NCBI GenBank assembly: GCA_965645245.1
Contig: OZ287081.1
Location: forward strand, 248,001-312,000
Length of the DNA: 64,000 nt
Origin: Massalongia carnosa
Taxonomy: Eukaryota
Reading direction: 5' to 3'
Positions 22,688-34,545 of the stretch are shown here, piece after piece. The first letter of the stretch is position 1, and each line of letters begins with the position of its first letter. The notes under the pieces were generated by a model. It did not search any database. It had not been told where the DNA came from and saw only the letters and a program-made list of their open reading frames with translations. A program made the position numbers and the translations under genes.

Positions 22688-24289
22688 CGACGCCGACCAC
22701 TTGCGGAAATTGATGAAAATTGCACCAAAAGACGACGTGCAAGTCAGACCAGATGGCAATGTAAGAGCTGTGGACCATGTTGCAAAAAGGAGGCATGTTG
22801 GGAAATTTTACATAGATCATTAGGGGTGATTGAGGTGTTGTACCCATTATCGTTGAAAAGGGAAAATCTGATTGGCCAGATTAAAGTTATTAGTCATTAC
22901 CCGGAGACGGCGCGTGTAAAATTGAATATTACCTAAATGGCTGCCAAATTGCCAGACGAAGGGATATGTTCACTCACAACTGCATCTTTTGCTTGTTTTT
23001 CTTTCTGCATCTTTGATATTTTTTGTGAATAGAAACCAAGTAGATACTGTCAATTTCTATCCTTATTGAACCGTCACATAATCTAATATAACTAGTGATT
23101 CGTGTTATATTTTGTAATACGGATGGCGCTAGAGGGATACGTGATCGCCTATGGCGGTTGCGGGATTAACTAGCGTGGACCATGCCGTAGTACGAAGTCG
23201 CATAAGCCGTCGAGGCTGACACACTGCCATCTTGCCCCGAAACTTCGGAGTTATTGTTATCACGTTCTTGACTACTTACAGATCAAACACCTGTCGAGGC
23301 CGTGGTGGTAGATTGCCATGGAGTGTAAGGCGGACTCCTGTGGAGACGCCAAGGAACTCTATATGGGATCTACTGGCCTACTCGGAGCTACTGGATCTCT
23401 TGATGGTTCAAGAGAGGTAGCAGGAGGCACGGCTCGCTGGACGCAGCTTGAGCTAGGCTCCCCGGTGTAAACTTCAGCTTCAACCTTTATTACTACGTTG
23501 GTAGTGATGTCGGCTGAATGAACCTACATGACCTCGTTGTCTAGACCTTGTGTCTAGAGGCAGGTCCGCAGTGTAGCGAGGTATTCAGTCGGAGGTAACC
23601 TTCCATCACTAGGTAGTGGTGACGGCGAAAAGAAGCTACATAGCCTGAGGCATGTAGTGAGGGATCTAGCCGGGGGTAGAATTGTTCTACCTTGCAAGGG
23701 AAGATCTAGAAGGCTGCTCGAGGCTGACTAGATGATCCAGCGAACGCCGAGTTCGTGGATGGATCCTGAGGGATGGTTGGATGTAATGCGATAAAGTCAG
23801 ATGTGGATTGCAAGGCTGTAATGCTCGCAAGACTCCCAAGGCTTGCAAGGCTCCTAAGGTTCCAAGGCTCCCAAGGCTATAGGCTTGGGGTGAGTAGGAT
23901 AAATATCAGAACGAATCTTGTAGTATTCGTTAGCAATTAGTCTTTATTCTATGAACAACCTACGTTTGGGTCTCGGACGAGATCTCTTGGTCTAAGCACT
24001 TCCACATCCATTAGTTCTTTGGATCACGTATACTCTCGGAGACTAGCACGTAGTAGCTATCTTCCTCCTCTCACGCTGAGCATTTCCCCTTTCGAGATCA
24101 GTGTCGCTCGTGATAAGCTTACTGGTCTCGTAGCCCATTACATATTTACAGTAGGTCATGCTGTCTCGATCACGCATTTCCGAACCGTTACACATTCGAT
24201 TCTAACAATTTTTATCTTAAATTTATCTCAAATGGAAAACTCCTTTCTGATTGTGCAACGTATTTGAAATGAGATAATCAATATTGAAT

Positions 24290-26425
24290 TCAACTGATTA
24301 TTTCTACTGTCAAGTCATCGGGCCATTTGGACTTGTCAACGCCGTTTCCTCTGGTACCCACGTTGTATTTTAACTCAACAAAATTATCCTTGAATTGAGC
24401 GACTGGTTTGACTTTGATGATTGTAACGTCAATCGCCTTGGATCGATATTTTTCAAAGAACGATGACTTAAATAAAATCTTCTCATCGTATTGATGGAGC
24501 AATTTCAACATTTCTGGGACTGTTCGTCGCGTATTGTCATAGTGTCGGAAGACCGGTGAAGCGTGCTTTTTCCAGACCTCATCCCAGATGTCCTTATCAT
24601 ACATGCCACATGAACGAACAAGCCATTGCGAATAATAGTTGAGGGAAACCTGCATCGGGATGTTTAAATCAGAGCCAGACACCTTTAGAGTCGGGAATTT
24701 CTCAAGTTCTGCCTTACGTCAATCCCGTAACTGCCTCCTTGCTCAGCTCGCTTGATGAGGGCGTGTAAGACACCAGTACATCCGCTAACGCCGGTGCTAT
24801 AGATGATTCATCAATTTCGATAGTTGAGGTGATTTGCTGCGATGGGGAAACACCAGGAATCAATTCGTATAGGAGTTGTCAACTCACCAATGGTCCGAAT
24901 TAGGAAAAGGAGGAGTCACAGCTTCATCCACTCCCATCGCCTGGCCAAAGGCCAACGAAACTCCGCAGCACTGAAAGATGTACATGAGTTCATGATCTCA
25001 AGAGCGCCGTAAGAGATCACTCGGAGCACATACCGCATCACTGATCCCCTGCCAGCCGCTTCGGTGGGCCCAAGGACCGTAAAAGCCATAGCAATTTTCA
25101 CGAACATGGATGATACCGCGATCTCGGTTCTTCACCAAATTATATATCGCCTCTCGTCCAAACCCGAGTCTGTCCATCACGCCAGGGCGATAACCATCAA
25201 CCACCACGTCGGCCTCCAGGATCAAGTTTCGGAGCTGTTCCTTATCTGCTTCATTCTTAAGATGCAGAAAACAGTTCCATTTGCCCCAGTTCAAGTCGCG
25301 GTGCACAGATGTAAAATCCACGACTTGCGATGACGTGACCCGCATCACGCTGGCACCCAGTTCCGCAAGACTTCTTGTGATGGTAGGACCAGCAATGACT
25401 CGGGTGAGGTCTACCACCTTCAAGCTAGCCAGCGGGCGATTTGGGGTGGAAGGTAAGCTGCTGTGGTCCGGCCACCAAGCTACTGGCTGTGATGAGGACG
25501 GGTCCTGTACGAGCTCATATAATCCAATTTTACTGTTCTGTTGTCCGTGCTCACTCGAAAAATACTCTTCTGAGCTCCACGCAATTGTTCCTGCCTGCCG
25601 GTATTGCTCATTCACAAGCTCATCAAGCGCAGCTGCATCGAACTGGGCGACCTTATTCTGGATTCTTTCCACCACATTTTGGAATGTGTCATCTGTCTCA
25701 CCATCCAGCCGCAACCCAAGCAATTTCAACGTATAGTCTGGGTTCAGGCTACCTACCACGAATGAACCATCGAAGTCCGTCAGTGAGAGCCTGGAATTTA
25801 CACTCCTCCGGGTCTGGGGTGTTATTGTACTGGATGGATATACTAACCGTGCACATGGTAAAACCGATTGTCTTGAGTCCGGTAGATGTTGGTCGCCAAA
25901 GTTCGGTGGAGACTTTCACGCGGGCGTTGTTCATCTTGACTGTACATGGGCTTCAACGTATCCGGATCAATGGCCTTAGTAGGCGAAGCTGTCCCGTTTT
26001 CCTCCAAGATTTGAGCTAGCGGTGGTGACATGATAAACAACGATGCATGATCCCTGATATGATCAATGTTAGTTTGTTGTCTGATTGTGGAAATTTTTTC
26101 ATGTTTCTGTGTTTTGGCCTTCGACCAAGATTTTCCGACATGCATGAACATACGTATTGATCGTCACCTCCACCGGAGCGAGTTTATATTTCCGGGTCAA
26201 TAGACAATTCAGCATTGTAGCCTCCAAAGCCTTTAAGGCAGAGATGCTCTCCGCCCACCGCCAATTGACCGGGATGCTAGGAAGCGCGTTCCCTTCGAAA
26301 TGAACGAACCGACTCAGTTCTTTCAAGCTTGCCGGCAGATGTTGCATCAATGGATTCTCCAGGATTCCCTGCTGGAAGATGGCCTCCGCTTCTCGAGGGA
26401 CCGAATACGGCGACGGGGCACCCAT
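24290..26425 (-). CDS. CoA-transferase family III (CaiB/BaiF-like), multi-exon
   Basis: LKVVDLTRVIAGP...LAELGASV, DLNWGK, EADVVVDGYRPG and GPWAHRSGWQ motifs; exon pieces joined by GT-AG introns. Confidence 0.88.
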
Positions 26426-26747
26426 GGTGATTTTTCGGAAGTAGTAAAAACCCACCAGGTGATAAAGTCAGGTTCTTCCACTAAATCTATGCTTCCCGTG
26501 AGTACTAGTACCAGAAGTTCCTCACCCTTTGACATCATGACATCATGACATTATCCGCTACAGTGTCACCCAACAAAACTTCATGCACGTATCACCAAAT
26601 ACGCTGGTCAGATCCACAGTCGCATGTGCTTTCGATGCTTGAGTAAGAATTTTTTATTCCTCGATCATTTTGACGAAAAGTCTTGTCGATAAAGAATTTA
26701 GTGTAGTTTCTCGATGAAACGAATAAAAACACAATAAAGTAGGGTCG

Positions 26748-29497
26748 GGATACGGGCACATCCTATTAGCTACCTTAACACCCTACTTTGCTACCTTCAC
26801 ACCCTACTTGGATACATTCACACCCCCGAAAAAGTAACCGCAAAAGGAAAAGTTTCCGCCCCCTTTCCCGAGTAGGGTAAGCGGTGCGAAATTCTGTCGC
26901 CTGAGATGGGGAAGGAAGAAATTCCATGTTTTCGAACCTCAGGAATCGGAGTCGATTGGCACCATGTTGGCCATTCGCACCTTGATTTCAAGCTACTAAA
27001 CTTAAAGCAGACTAGCTACCTCATTTCCTGCCTGATCTATTGCTGCTTCATTCAACCCTCATTTTCGCCGTCTCCATCTCTGACATCTCCCTCACCTCCC
27101 TGAATCTCTCGCGCATTCCGAGCACTTCTTCGAATCCCTCGCGCACCTCGAGTCCCTCGAGTCTCCTGCGCATCCTGCTTCCCCCGCGTCCCCCGCGCAT
27201 CTCCACCACCTCGATCAGCTCGATCAGCTCGAGCTCTTCTGCCTCGCGCCCTTGTCGGGGCTGGATCCGCCCGACGAATGACCCGTTCCACATCCGCTGG
27301 CACCTCTTCATCTTCTGCCGTCTCCATAATAACTCGCTCAAATTGAGAAGGTTGTCGACCCGTAGAGGCATTGAAAGCTTGAGTTCTTCTGTTTTCCGCT
27401 CCCGAAGGTCGTCCACGAGGTCGAATAATGTCTGGTTCTTCCACTATCAGCAGATTGAAATCATTGGCGGGAGCGTTTCTTTCAAATCTCCGATGTGGAT
27501 GAACGTCTTCCAGCAATAAACTTCCTTCGCCATACAATCTTTCCTGAATTCTATGACTGCAAGGCAGTCCGGTGCTGGTTGTAAAAGAATTCGTACATGC
27601 TAGCAGAGCCGTCGGTCTCCCGGTCAGTAAATCGTACTGAGAATTAATTCTTCTGATTGCCTTAGTACTGATGAATGGAGATATTTGCTGAAAAATTGAT
27701 TTCCGAAGATCTAGCGGATATCGCGTTTTGTCCTCATTCAATTTGATCCAATAGTTATGATACTCGTTCATCAATAAAAGACTGATTCCGTCCACCACCG
27801 TTTTCAGATCTCCGGTCGACGTTCCTAATTGACGTTTGATCACTGCATGCCCTCCCTCACCTCGAGAAGTAGTGGTGGTGTCAAAATGCAGTACTCGATT
27901 GGTAAAGCATCTTACGAAATGCTGAACATGAGTAATGTAGGTGGTAGCCAGATATTCCACTACCTCATAGTCCTTGTATTTGATCGAAAACTGACCCCAG
28001 AGCTCCCATAGTATGACTTCCGATGAGGCGTAAGTTATCGCTTTCCATTCCGCAAAGAAGGTGTCCCATTCTTCCTTGCTGAATTGTCTTTTGCAATTGG
28101 CGACGACATTCTTATTGATATGCCAAATGCAAAGCAGATGATTGGTACGAGGAAATTGCGCACGAAGAGCAAGCATCAGACTTCTTTCCATGTCGGTGAC
28201 AATGACGGTCGGATCTGGAAGCTCTATTTGCAAATATAGAGCTTTGACTTGCCTCAAAACCCAGGTGTAGTCAAATTTTGTCTCACTGGCCATGAAGCAA
28301 AAAGCCATATAGAAATTGGTATGCAATGCGATTTGACCGCTGATGATCAGAAGAGGCATTTGGTAGCGATTGGTTTTATAAGTGCAATCCATGATTAGAA
28401 CCTCATAGTTGGACTTTAAAAAGGTTCGGGAACTTCCTTTTACAAAGAATAAATGAGTTATCTGATTGCGATCCTCCTCATTCTTTTGCATTTGATACAA
28501 CCAATCGTCGCTCTGATCAAGCTCTCGAATCAATGCCTGTATGGGAGTCAACGGTCCCAAAGCCTCGCGACGAAGTTGAGCCTTGAGATTGTAGATGTCT
28601 CGAGGTTTGATCATGGGATTGACGACTCGAGGATTGGCCGGATCGTCCCAATTGATTCCGGTGGTAAGATCAGGTATGCGCAGACTCGAAATCACTTTCG
28701 ATGGAGCAGTCTGAACAGTTAGCTGACGCGATATCTCATCTTTTACCTCGGCGGTGATAGCCAACTTTCGATGCACTGGATGAGCCCCTGCCAAACTCGA
28801 GGCATGATTATGTTCCGATTTGACCACTTCCAAAAACCAGATATCAGACTCTTTTTCCCGAATCGCAATCATTGAAAAGGGACAAGCAATGGCTCTGCTG
28901 GCAGTATGACGACGACTTTGTCCGCGAGGTTCTCTCACTCTGCCTCCTCGATCGCAAATCAACCAAGCTTTGCGCGTATTTCCATCCTTATTCTTCTTCG
29001 TACGAGCGAGAACAATTGCATAACCGCGCGGGCCAGCATGCTCATTGACTCGTTGAATCAAGTCTTCCAAAGACTCAAAGGATTATCCTTCTTCCGGAGC
29101 AGCAAGAGGTGCTGAAGCTGACGAAGGGGGAGAAGCTGGCGGAGGGGGAGAAGCTGGCGGAGGGGAGGCAGATGCGACTCTTTCGAGGATGATGAGATTG
29201 GGAGCGGAAGAATTGGATTCGGTATCAAAACCATTGAATGTGTCATCGGAAGATGACATTCTGCAGGAGTAAGAAGAAGGTTGCGGCGAAATTCCAAGAT
29301 GCGACGAAATTTTGCGAAAGACGCAGCGAAATTTCAGGTGCGGCAAAATTTCGCGCCGCTTACCCTAATTGGGAAAGGGAAGGGGGCGGAAACTTTCCCT
29401 TTTGCGGTTACTTTTTCGGGGGTGTGAATGTATCCAAATAGGGTGTGAAGGTAGCAAAGTAGGGTGTTAAGGTAGCTAATAGGGTGTGCCCGTATCC
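26748..29497 (-). mobile_element. MULE/Mutator DNA transposon 1
   Basis: About 145-bp imperfect TIRs starting ggatacgggcaca; intact transposase; no TSD found. Confidence 0.92.
27052..29070 (-). CDS. MULE transposase (FAR1-like, DDE, SWIM-like, RG-rich tail); N-terminus may extend to about 29260
   Basis: LIMDCTYKTN, IVTDME, LCIWH (CxxH), TSRGEGGH and TGLPCSH motifs. Confidence 0.92.
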   Translation of the reverse strand: MEDLIQRVNEHAGPRGYAIVLARTKKNKDGNTRKAWLICDRGGRVREPRGQSRRHTASRAIACPFSMIAIREKESDIWFLEVVKSEHNHASSLAGAHPVHRKLAITAEVKDEISRQLTVQTAPSKVISSLRIPDLTTGINWDDPANPRVVNPMIKPRDIYNLKAQLRREALGPLTPIQALIRELDQSDDWLYQMQKNEEDRNQITHLFFVKGSSRTFLKSNYEVLIMDCTYKTNRYQMPLLIISGQIALHTNFYMAFCFMASETKFDYTWVLRQVKALYLQIELPDPTVIVTDMERSLMLALRAQFPRTNHLLCIWHINKNVVANCKRQFSKEEWDTFFAEWKAITYASSEVILWELWGQFSIKYKDYEVVEYLATTYITHVQHFVRCFTNRVLHFDTTTTSRGEGGHAVIKRQLGTSTGDLKTVVDGISLLLMNEYHNYWIKLNEDKTRYPLDLRKSIFQQISPFISTKAIRRINSQYDLLTGRPTALLACTNSFTTSTGLPCSHRIQERLYGEGSLLLEDVHPHRRFERNAPANDFNLLIVEEPDIIRPRGRPSGAENRRTQAFNASTGRQPSQFERVIMETAEDEEVPADVERVIRRADPAPTRARGRRARADRADRGGGDARGTRGKQDAQETRGTRGARGIRRSARNAREIQGGEGDVRDGDGENEG

Positions 29498-29876
29498 GCA
29501 CCCAATCTTTATCTCCTGGGAGGAGGGAAAAACCCGCCTTCAGAATTATGCCTTTACTTGTAGAAGTATGAGGTGATTCATTTTGTTATATTCATGATTC
29601 TATAACTCTCTCCTTCTAAAGTCTAAAATCATCCAAGTCCAGGATGCGTGCCGCATACCGGAATAGGTCTACTGTTACACGGTGACCATAATATTGTCTA
29701 GCGCCATAGGTTGGTATCCAACACCCCTTACAAGCTATGCGCTAGTTACGTAAGAATCGCCCACGCTAACGAATCGATTTTCATCTCGTTTTTTTTTGGA
29801 AGAATCAGCAGCTGTTGGTTGCATCGGTTCATTGGTAGGTTGTGGCTCCAGGTAGTGTGGCTGTGCTGATTTGGCT

Positions 29877-32800
29877 CTAGGTCATCTGCATCTGTTCGAC
29901 AAAGGTGTGGAACTTTGCGTGCGTTAGAGCCTTCGTCAGGCCGTCGGCGATCATCTCCCCAGTTGGCACGTAGGTCAACTCGATTCTCTTTGCCTCCACC
30001 TCGTCTCGGATGTAATGGTGCTGGATATCGATGTGTTTGGTCCTGGCATGGAATACTAGGTTGTGTGCCAGAGCAAGAGATCCTTGGTTGTCACCTTTGA
30101 GTGAAACAGTGGGGTCTCCGTCGCTGGGCTTGAGGCTGTTGAGGTCTCTGTTGATCGCTTGTACGCACGAGTTCTTGTTGGAGACCTTGATCTCAGCATG
30201 CTGTTGGTCCGCTTCCAACACCCCAAGCTCTGTGAGAGTAGACGAAGCCAGGTGGCTTCTTTGGCGGCCAGCGTGAGTGCGATGTATTCCGCTTCTGTGG
30301 AAGAGAGAGCAACTGCTAATTGCCTTTTAGAGCACCAGCTTATCGGTCCCCCGTTCAGCACGAAGATGAAACCGGATGTTGACTTCCGGCTGTCCTTTTC
30401 ACCTACCCAATCCGAGTCCGAATAGCCTTCGATTTTCAGTTCTTCATCCCCCCCATAGGTTATGCCTCGATGTTTCGAGCCCTTGAGGTATTTGAGGATG
30501 GTTTTGACTGCTTCGGTGTGCTGATGGCTCGGGTTCTTGGCAAAGCGACTTACGAGGGACGTGGCGAAGGCAATATCTGGTCTGGTCTCTATCATGGAGA
30601 ACATTATGGACCCCGTCATTCCTTGGTATCTCTCCTTCTCTGGTGGTGAGGCTTCTCCTTCCTCGCGTTGGGAGAGTGGCACAGATTCTTTCATCGGGGT
30701 GTTGACGGGGTTGGCTTTGTCGAGATGGAATCTCTCCAACACTTTTTCGATGTAGGCCGGTTGAGACAGTTTGATGGTTCGTTGCTTTCGATCCCGATCT
30801 ATTCTCAGTCCTAGGTAAAAGCTGATGGGACTCATATCTGACATAGGGAATGCAGCTGTGAGTTCTGCTTTGACTCGCTTGATTATCCCACTGTCCTTTG
30901 GCGCCATAATCTTGATGTCATCTACGAAGACGCTGAGTACGGGACCTTTCAGCCCTGCACCCGATACGAATATACTGTGGTCTGCGTGGATGCGTTTCAA
31001 GCCTAGTTTCTCGAGGAGGAAGGCTGAAAAGCGTTCGTAACAGAGGCGGGGAGATTGTTTGAGGCCGTAGATAGCTTTCAACAGTTTGCAAACCATATTC
31101 TTTGTGGCTTCTGTCTCAGTTCCCTTTGGAATCTCCATATATATCAGTTGATCAATGAGGCCATAGAGAAAAGCCGTTTTTACGTCCATCTGGTCGATGT
31201 CCAGGTCGAAGAAGGCGGCAAGGGCGAACAGGGTTCTGAAGGCCATTGGCTTCACCACGGATGCGTAGGTTTGATCGAAATCAACACCAAACTGTTGTAG
31301 GTACCCTTTGATAACCCATCTGGCTTTGAATCTAGATACCTTGCCTTCGACATCACGCTTGACCCTGTACACCCACTTCACCCCCAGAGGTCGATGACCT
31401 GACTCCATCTCGTTCTTTGGTATGAGAACCCAGGTCTTGTTTTCGTGTAGAGAGTCTATTTCTTCTTTCATTGCCTGTGCCCACTGCGAGGCGTGGGGGC
31501 ATTGCATTGCCCTGTTGTATGACTCAGGTTCTTCGACATCTAATTGGGTGGCAAGGACGTAGTCTCCTTTACTTTGGGCGTTGGCCTGAATGAGCCTCGA
31601 AGTCAAGATTCTGTATGGGTCGTCGTCTGCGTCATGGCCGTCCTCCTCGCATTCGATGTTTGTCAGGAACGCGTTTGCTTTTTCTTCCGAGTTGTGTTCC
31701 CAGTCAAGGTCTAGCAGCTTGCTGAGATGTACTATCAGATCTTGATCTTGAGCCTTTTGTGTAGGCCTTATCGTTCGGCCAGACCGAGACTTCCTTGTCT
31801 CCGTAGTTTCATTTGACGCTCCAGTAGTTTCATCTCTAGTAGTGACCTTTCGGCCCTTCCTAGGGGTTACTTTGCTGGGAGTTGACTCGCTTGCACCTGT
31901 TGCATTGTTGACCTTTCGGCCTACATCCAACATCTGTGTCGCTCGTCGCCTCGTCATCGTCATCGGAGAGTAAGAAACCTGAGAAGGTGGGAGTGTTTTT
32001 GTATTCAGGAAGCTCGGTGGACGTCTTGGCCTTGTAGTCTTCAAAGGTTCTGAGATCTTTGATGCGAATAACTTTGTTTTGTTCTCGGATATAAACTCTG
32101 TAGATTGTGTGACCATTGTATCCAACAAGAGTACCGCGTAAGGCTCGTGGGTTCCACTTCTCTGACTTTAAGGCTCGCTCCTCTTCGTGTAGGAGAACGT
32201 ACACTGTCGAGCCTAACACTCGGAGGTGTTGGATATCTGGGTGGATTTTCTGCTGTGCATGGTAGGGGTTGTCTCCACCTAAAGCCTTCGTGGGGCGAAC
32301 GTTTTTGACGTACGTCATCGCAAGAACAATTTCAGGCCACAGCTCGTCATCAAGGCTTCCATCTAGGATTGTCGCTCTTGTCATATCCATGATGGTTCTT
32401 CCCATTCGTTCTGACACGCCGTTTTGTTCCTGAGAGTACGGTGTTGAGGGTTCAAAAGTGATGCCCTTCTTCGCAAACCATTCCTCTACCCTTTTGCTCT
32501 GCAGTTCTGATCCATAATCTGAACGTAGGCGTTCGACTGGTCTCTCCTTGTGTGACCTGGTTTTGCAGAGGTTGTAGAAGGCCTTGAGACATTTGAACCA
32601 ATCGCTTTTCCGGGCACCAGTGTACACTTCGGTATATCGCGTGAAGTCATCCGTAAATGTGAAGAAGTATCTCTCCCCTCCAAAACCAACAGGGTTGATG
32701 GGACCTACTAGGTCTGTGTGTATAAACTGGTACGCCTCGCTTGCTCATTTCTGAGGCTCGTGGCGGTTGTAGATTTTTGTGGCTTTCGCACGTTGGCAGC

Positions 32801-33404
32801 TGTCACACACGTACTTTTCTGAGTCGTCCACGTAGTCGATCTCCAGTTTGTGGAGATGTTGCTTCAGTGAGGGGAAGTTGAGGTGGCCGAGTCGTTTGTG
32901 CCAGGTGGTGAGAGGGAGTTTTGATGAGGTGGTGGTCCTGTAGGCGTATGGTGGCCACTCGTACGTGTTGTCGTCGATCTGCTTTAGATGAGTTGCAGAG
33001 ACAGAAAGGTTGGGAGGGTGAAGAAGGAAGCTGGTCCTCCACCTTTCGGCGTAAGCCAGGGTTTCCTTTGTTCTTCTATCATAGAGTGTCTCGTTCTCAT
33101 TATCATAGAAAATTCCATGAATATTGAGAAGGCCGAGGCTGACAAGATTAGAAGGACTGTGGGGAAGGAAAAACACGTTGTTCAGGTTCAGGATCACTCC
33201 TTCGCGACCGTCTTTCAGGCTGAGGCGAAGGCGCACCTTTCCACGGCCTGGTGAAACCCCATCTGCAGTTGAGCCTCCGATCCGGGTAGGCTTTTCGTGG
33301 TACTCAGTCATCAAGCTTCGATCATTGCACACGTGCACGTCCGCCGCGCTGTCAACCAACCAGGAAGCGTCTCTCGGCCCTTTGACCGCTAGTACCTTTG
33401 GTTG
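29877..33404 (-). pseudogene. pol: Copia pol (PR-IN-RT-RH) with TGA at 32745-32747 and frameshifts near 31900 and 30230
   Basis: WLVDSAA, WHKRLGH...CDSC, LRSDYGSE, QMDVKTAFL, FVDD, YSDSDW and RTKHIDIQHH motifs. Confidence 0.92.
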
Positions 33405-34208
33405 TCAACTTTCGCGGGACGGGGTCTCGGAAGGGCTCTCTGTCTGGCTTTGGAGGTTTTGCCTAGAGCCTTTTGTTCTCATCTGGTGCAGCGAGTGTTT
33501 TGGCCGAACTTCGGGGTATCTCAGGAAACAACGGTCTGTGTAGTGCTGTGTATTTCCCTTCTTGATGCAATCTGGGTTTGTGCAGGTCCCCAAGGGTGCT
33601 CGATTACTAGGCTTTGGTGGTTTGGAGGTGAAGAGTGCCGATTGTTTGGGTGTGCCGGATTGTCCTGGAGTTTGGTCGTTCTCTTTCCTGATTTCTGCAA
33701 ACCGGATAAGCTTTTTAGTGCTCTCGGCGATGTTTTTGTTCCCCATTTTCCACTCTGTCTCCATCATGGAGACGATCCCCAAGTATTCGTTTCCCATTCC
33801 AGTGAGCAATCCTGCCTGCAGGAGTTCCTCGGCTCCTTTTGCGGGGATCTCGGAATCAGTGGGAATGAGGCCGCACACAGTGTCGTAGGCCTCTTGGTAT
33901 TTGCTGCAATATTCGTGAATGTCTGTGCAGTCCGATAGTCGTAATTTGGTGGTCTCCAGGATGAGTCGCGAGATGCTCATTGGAGAGATGTACTGAAATT
34001 TCGTTTGTAGGGTTTCCCACATTTCCTTGGCTTCTTTGCCCTCGATAGCTGCTTGGTGTTTGGAGGCTACCGAGTTTTTGATGATGCCCTCCGCTTTGTT
34101 CTTCTGCTTGAGCTCTCCCAGAATGTAGGATCGCCATAATGTATAGTTCTCGGAGCCTTGGAGGATGATGCGGGGAGCCTTCTCCTGCTCTTCTCGTCGG
34201 TCTGACAT
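33405..34208 (-). CDS. gag: Copia gag
   Basis: ILQGSENYTLW, AKEMWETL and Cys/His motif CTNPDC...HYTDRC; start MSDRREE inferred. Confidence 0.8.
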   Translation of the reverse strand: MSDRREEQEKAPRIILQGSENYTLWRSYILGELKQKNKAEGIIKNSVASKHQAAIEGKEAKEMWETLQTKFQYISPMSISRLILETTKLRLSDCTDIHEYCSKYQEAYDTVCGLIPTDSEIPAKGAEELLQAGLLTGMGNEYLGIVSMMETEWKMGNKNIAESTKKLIRFAEIRKENDQTPGQSGTPKQSALFTSKPPKPSNRAPLGTCTNPDCIKKGNTQHYTDRCFLRYPEVRPKHSLHQMRTKGSRQNLQSQTESPSETPSRES

Positions 34209-34287
34209 TTTGTGGTTTTTTGGGCGAAGAGTTCTCAACGCCTTTGGGTTGTAGGAAGGTGTGTTGCCTTGTAGCTGTTGTGGTATG

Positions 34288-34545
34288 CGAGCGTCTTCGC
34301 TTCGTAACCTTTGGTATATGAGCAAGTTCTCCGCCTCGTAGCCTTCGGTATGTGAGCGTTCTGCTTCGTATGAGCGTCTTCGCCTCGTAGCCGTCTGGTA
34401 TGTGAGCGTTTGCCTCGTAGCCTTCGGTGTGTGAGCTTTCTGCTTCGTATGAGCGTCTTCGCCTCGTAGCCGTCTGGTATGTGAGCGTTTGCCTCGTAAC
34501 CTTTGGTATATGAGCGTTCTACTTCGTATCCTTTCAGTATGTAGC
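34288..34545. repeat. Degenerate tandem repeats in the Copia 5' leader
   Basis: Recurring units such as gagcgtcttcgcctcgtagccgtctggtatgtgagcgtttgcctcgta. Confidence 0.75.

Larger units (their letters stand above)
14141..22833 (+). pseudogene. piggyBac-family transposase pseudogene (frameshifts, stop at 15552, intron 14891-14936, Ty3 insertion)
   Basis: SVDEQ, LDNFFTN and YNQHMGGSDGNAQQRA motifs; the tail after 22692 reads RPLAEIDENC...WQCKSCGPCCKKEACWEILH. Confidence 0.85.
13984..22963 (+). mobile_element. piggyBac-like DNA transposon 2, interrupted by Ty3 element C
   Basis: TIRs cccttcgtctggcaatttgg(t/c)agcca; flanks TAT|CCC ... GGG|ATA; transposase fragments on both sides of element C. 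Confidence 0.92.

Noticed and set aside
23140..24200. Possible old LTR-element relic with caaggct repeats
   Set aside because: No domain motif, LTR pair or TSD could be established.
27040..27519. Overlapping ORFs at the MULE 1 C-terminus
   Set aside because: Shadows of the repetitive RG-rich tail.
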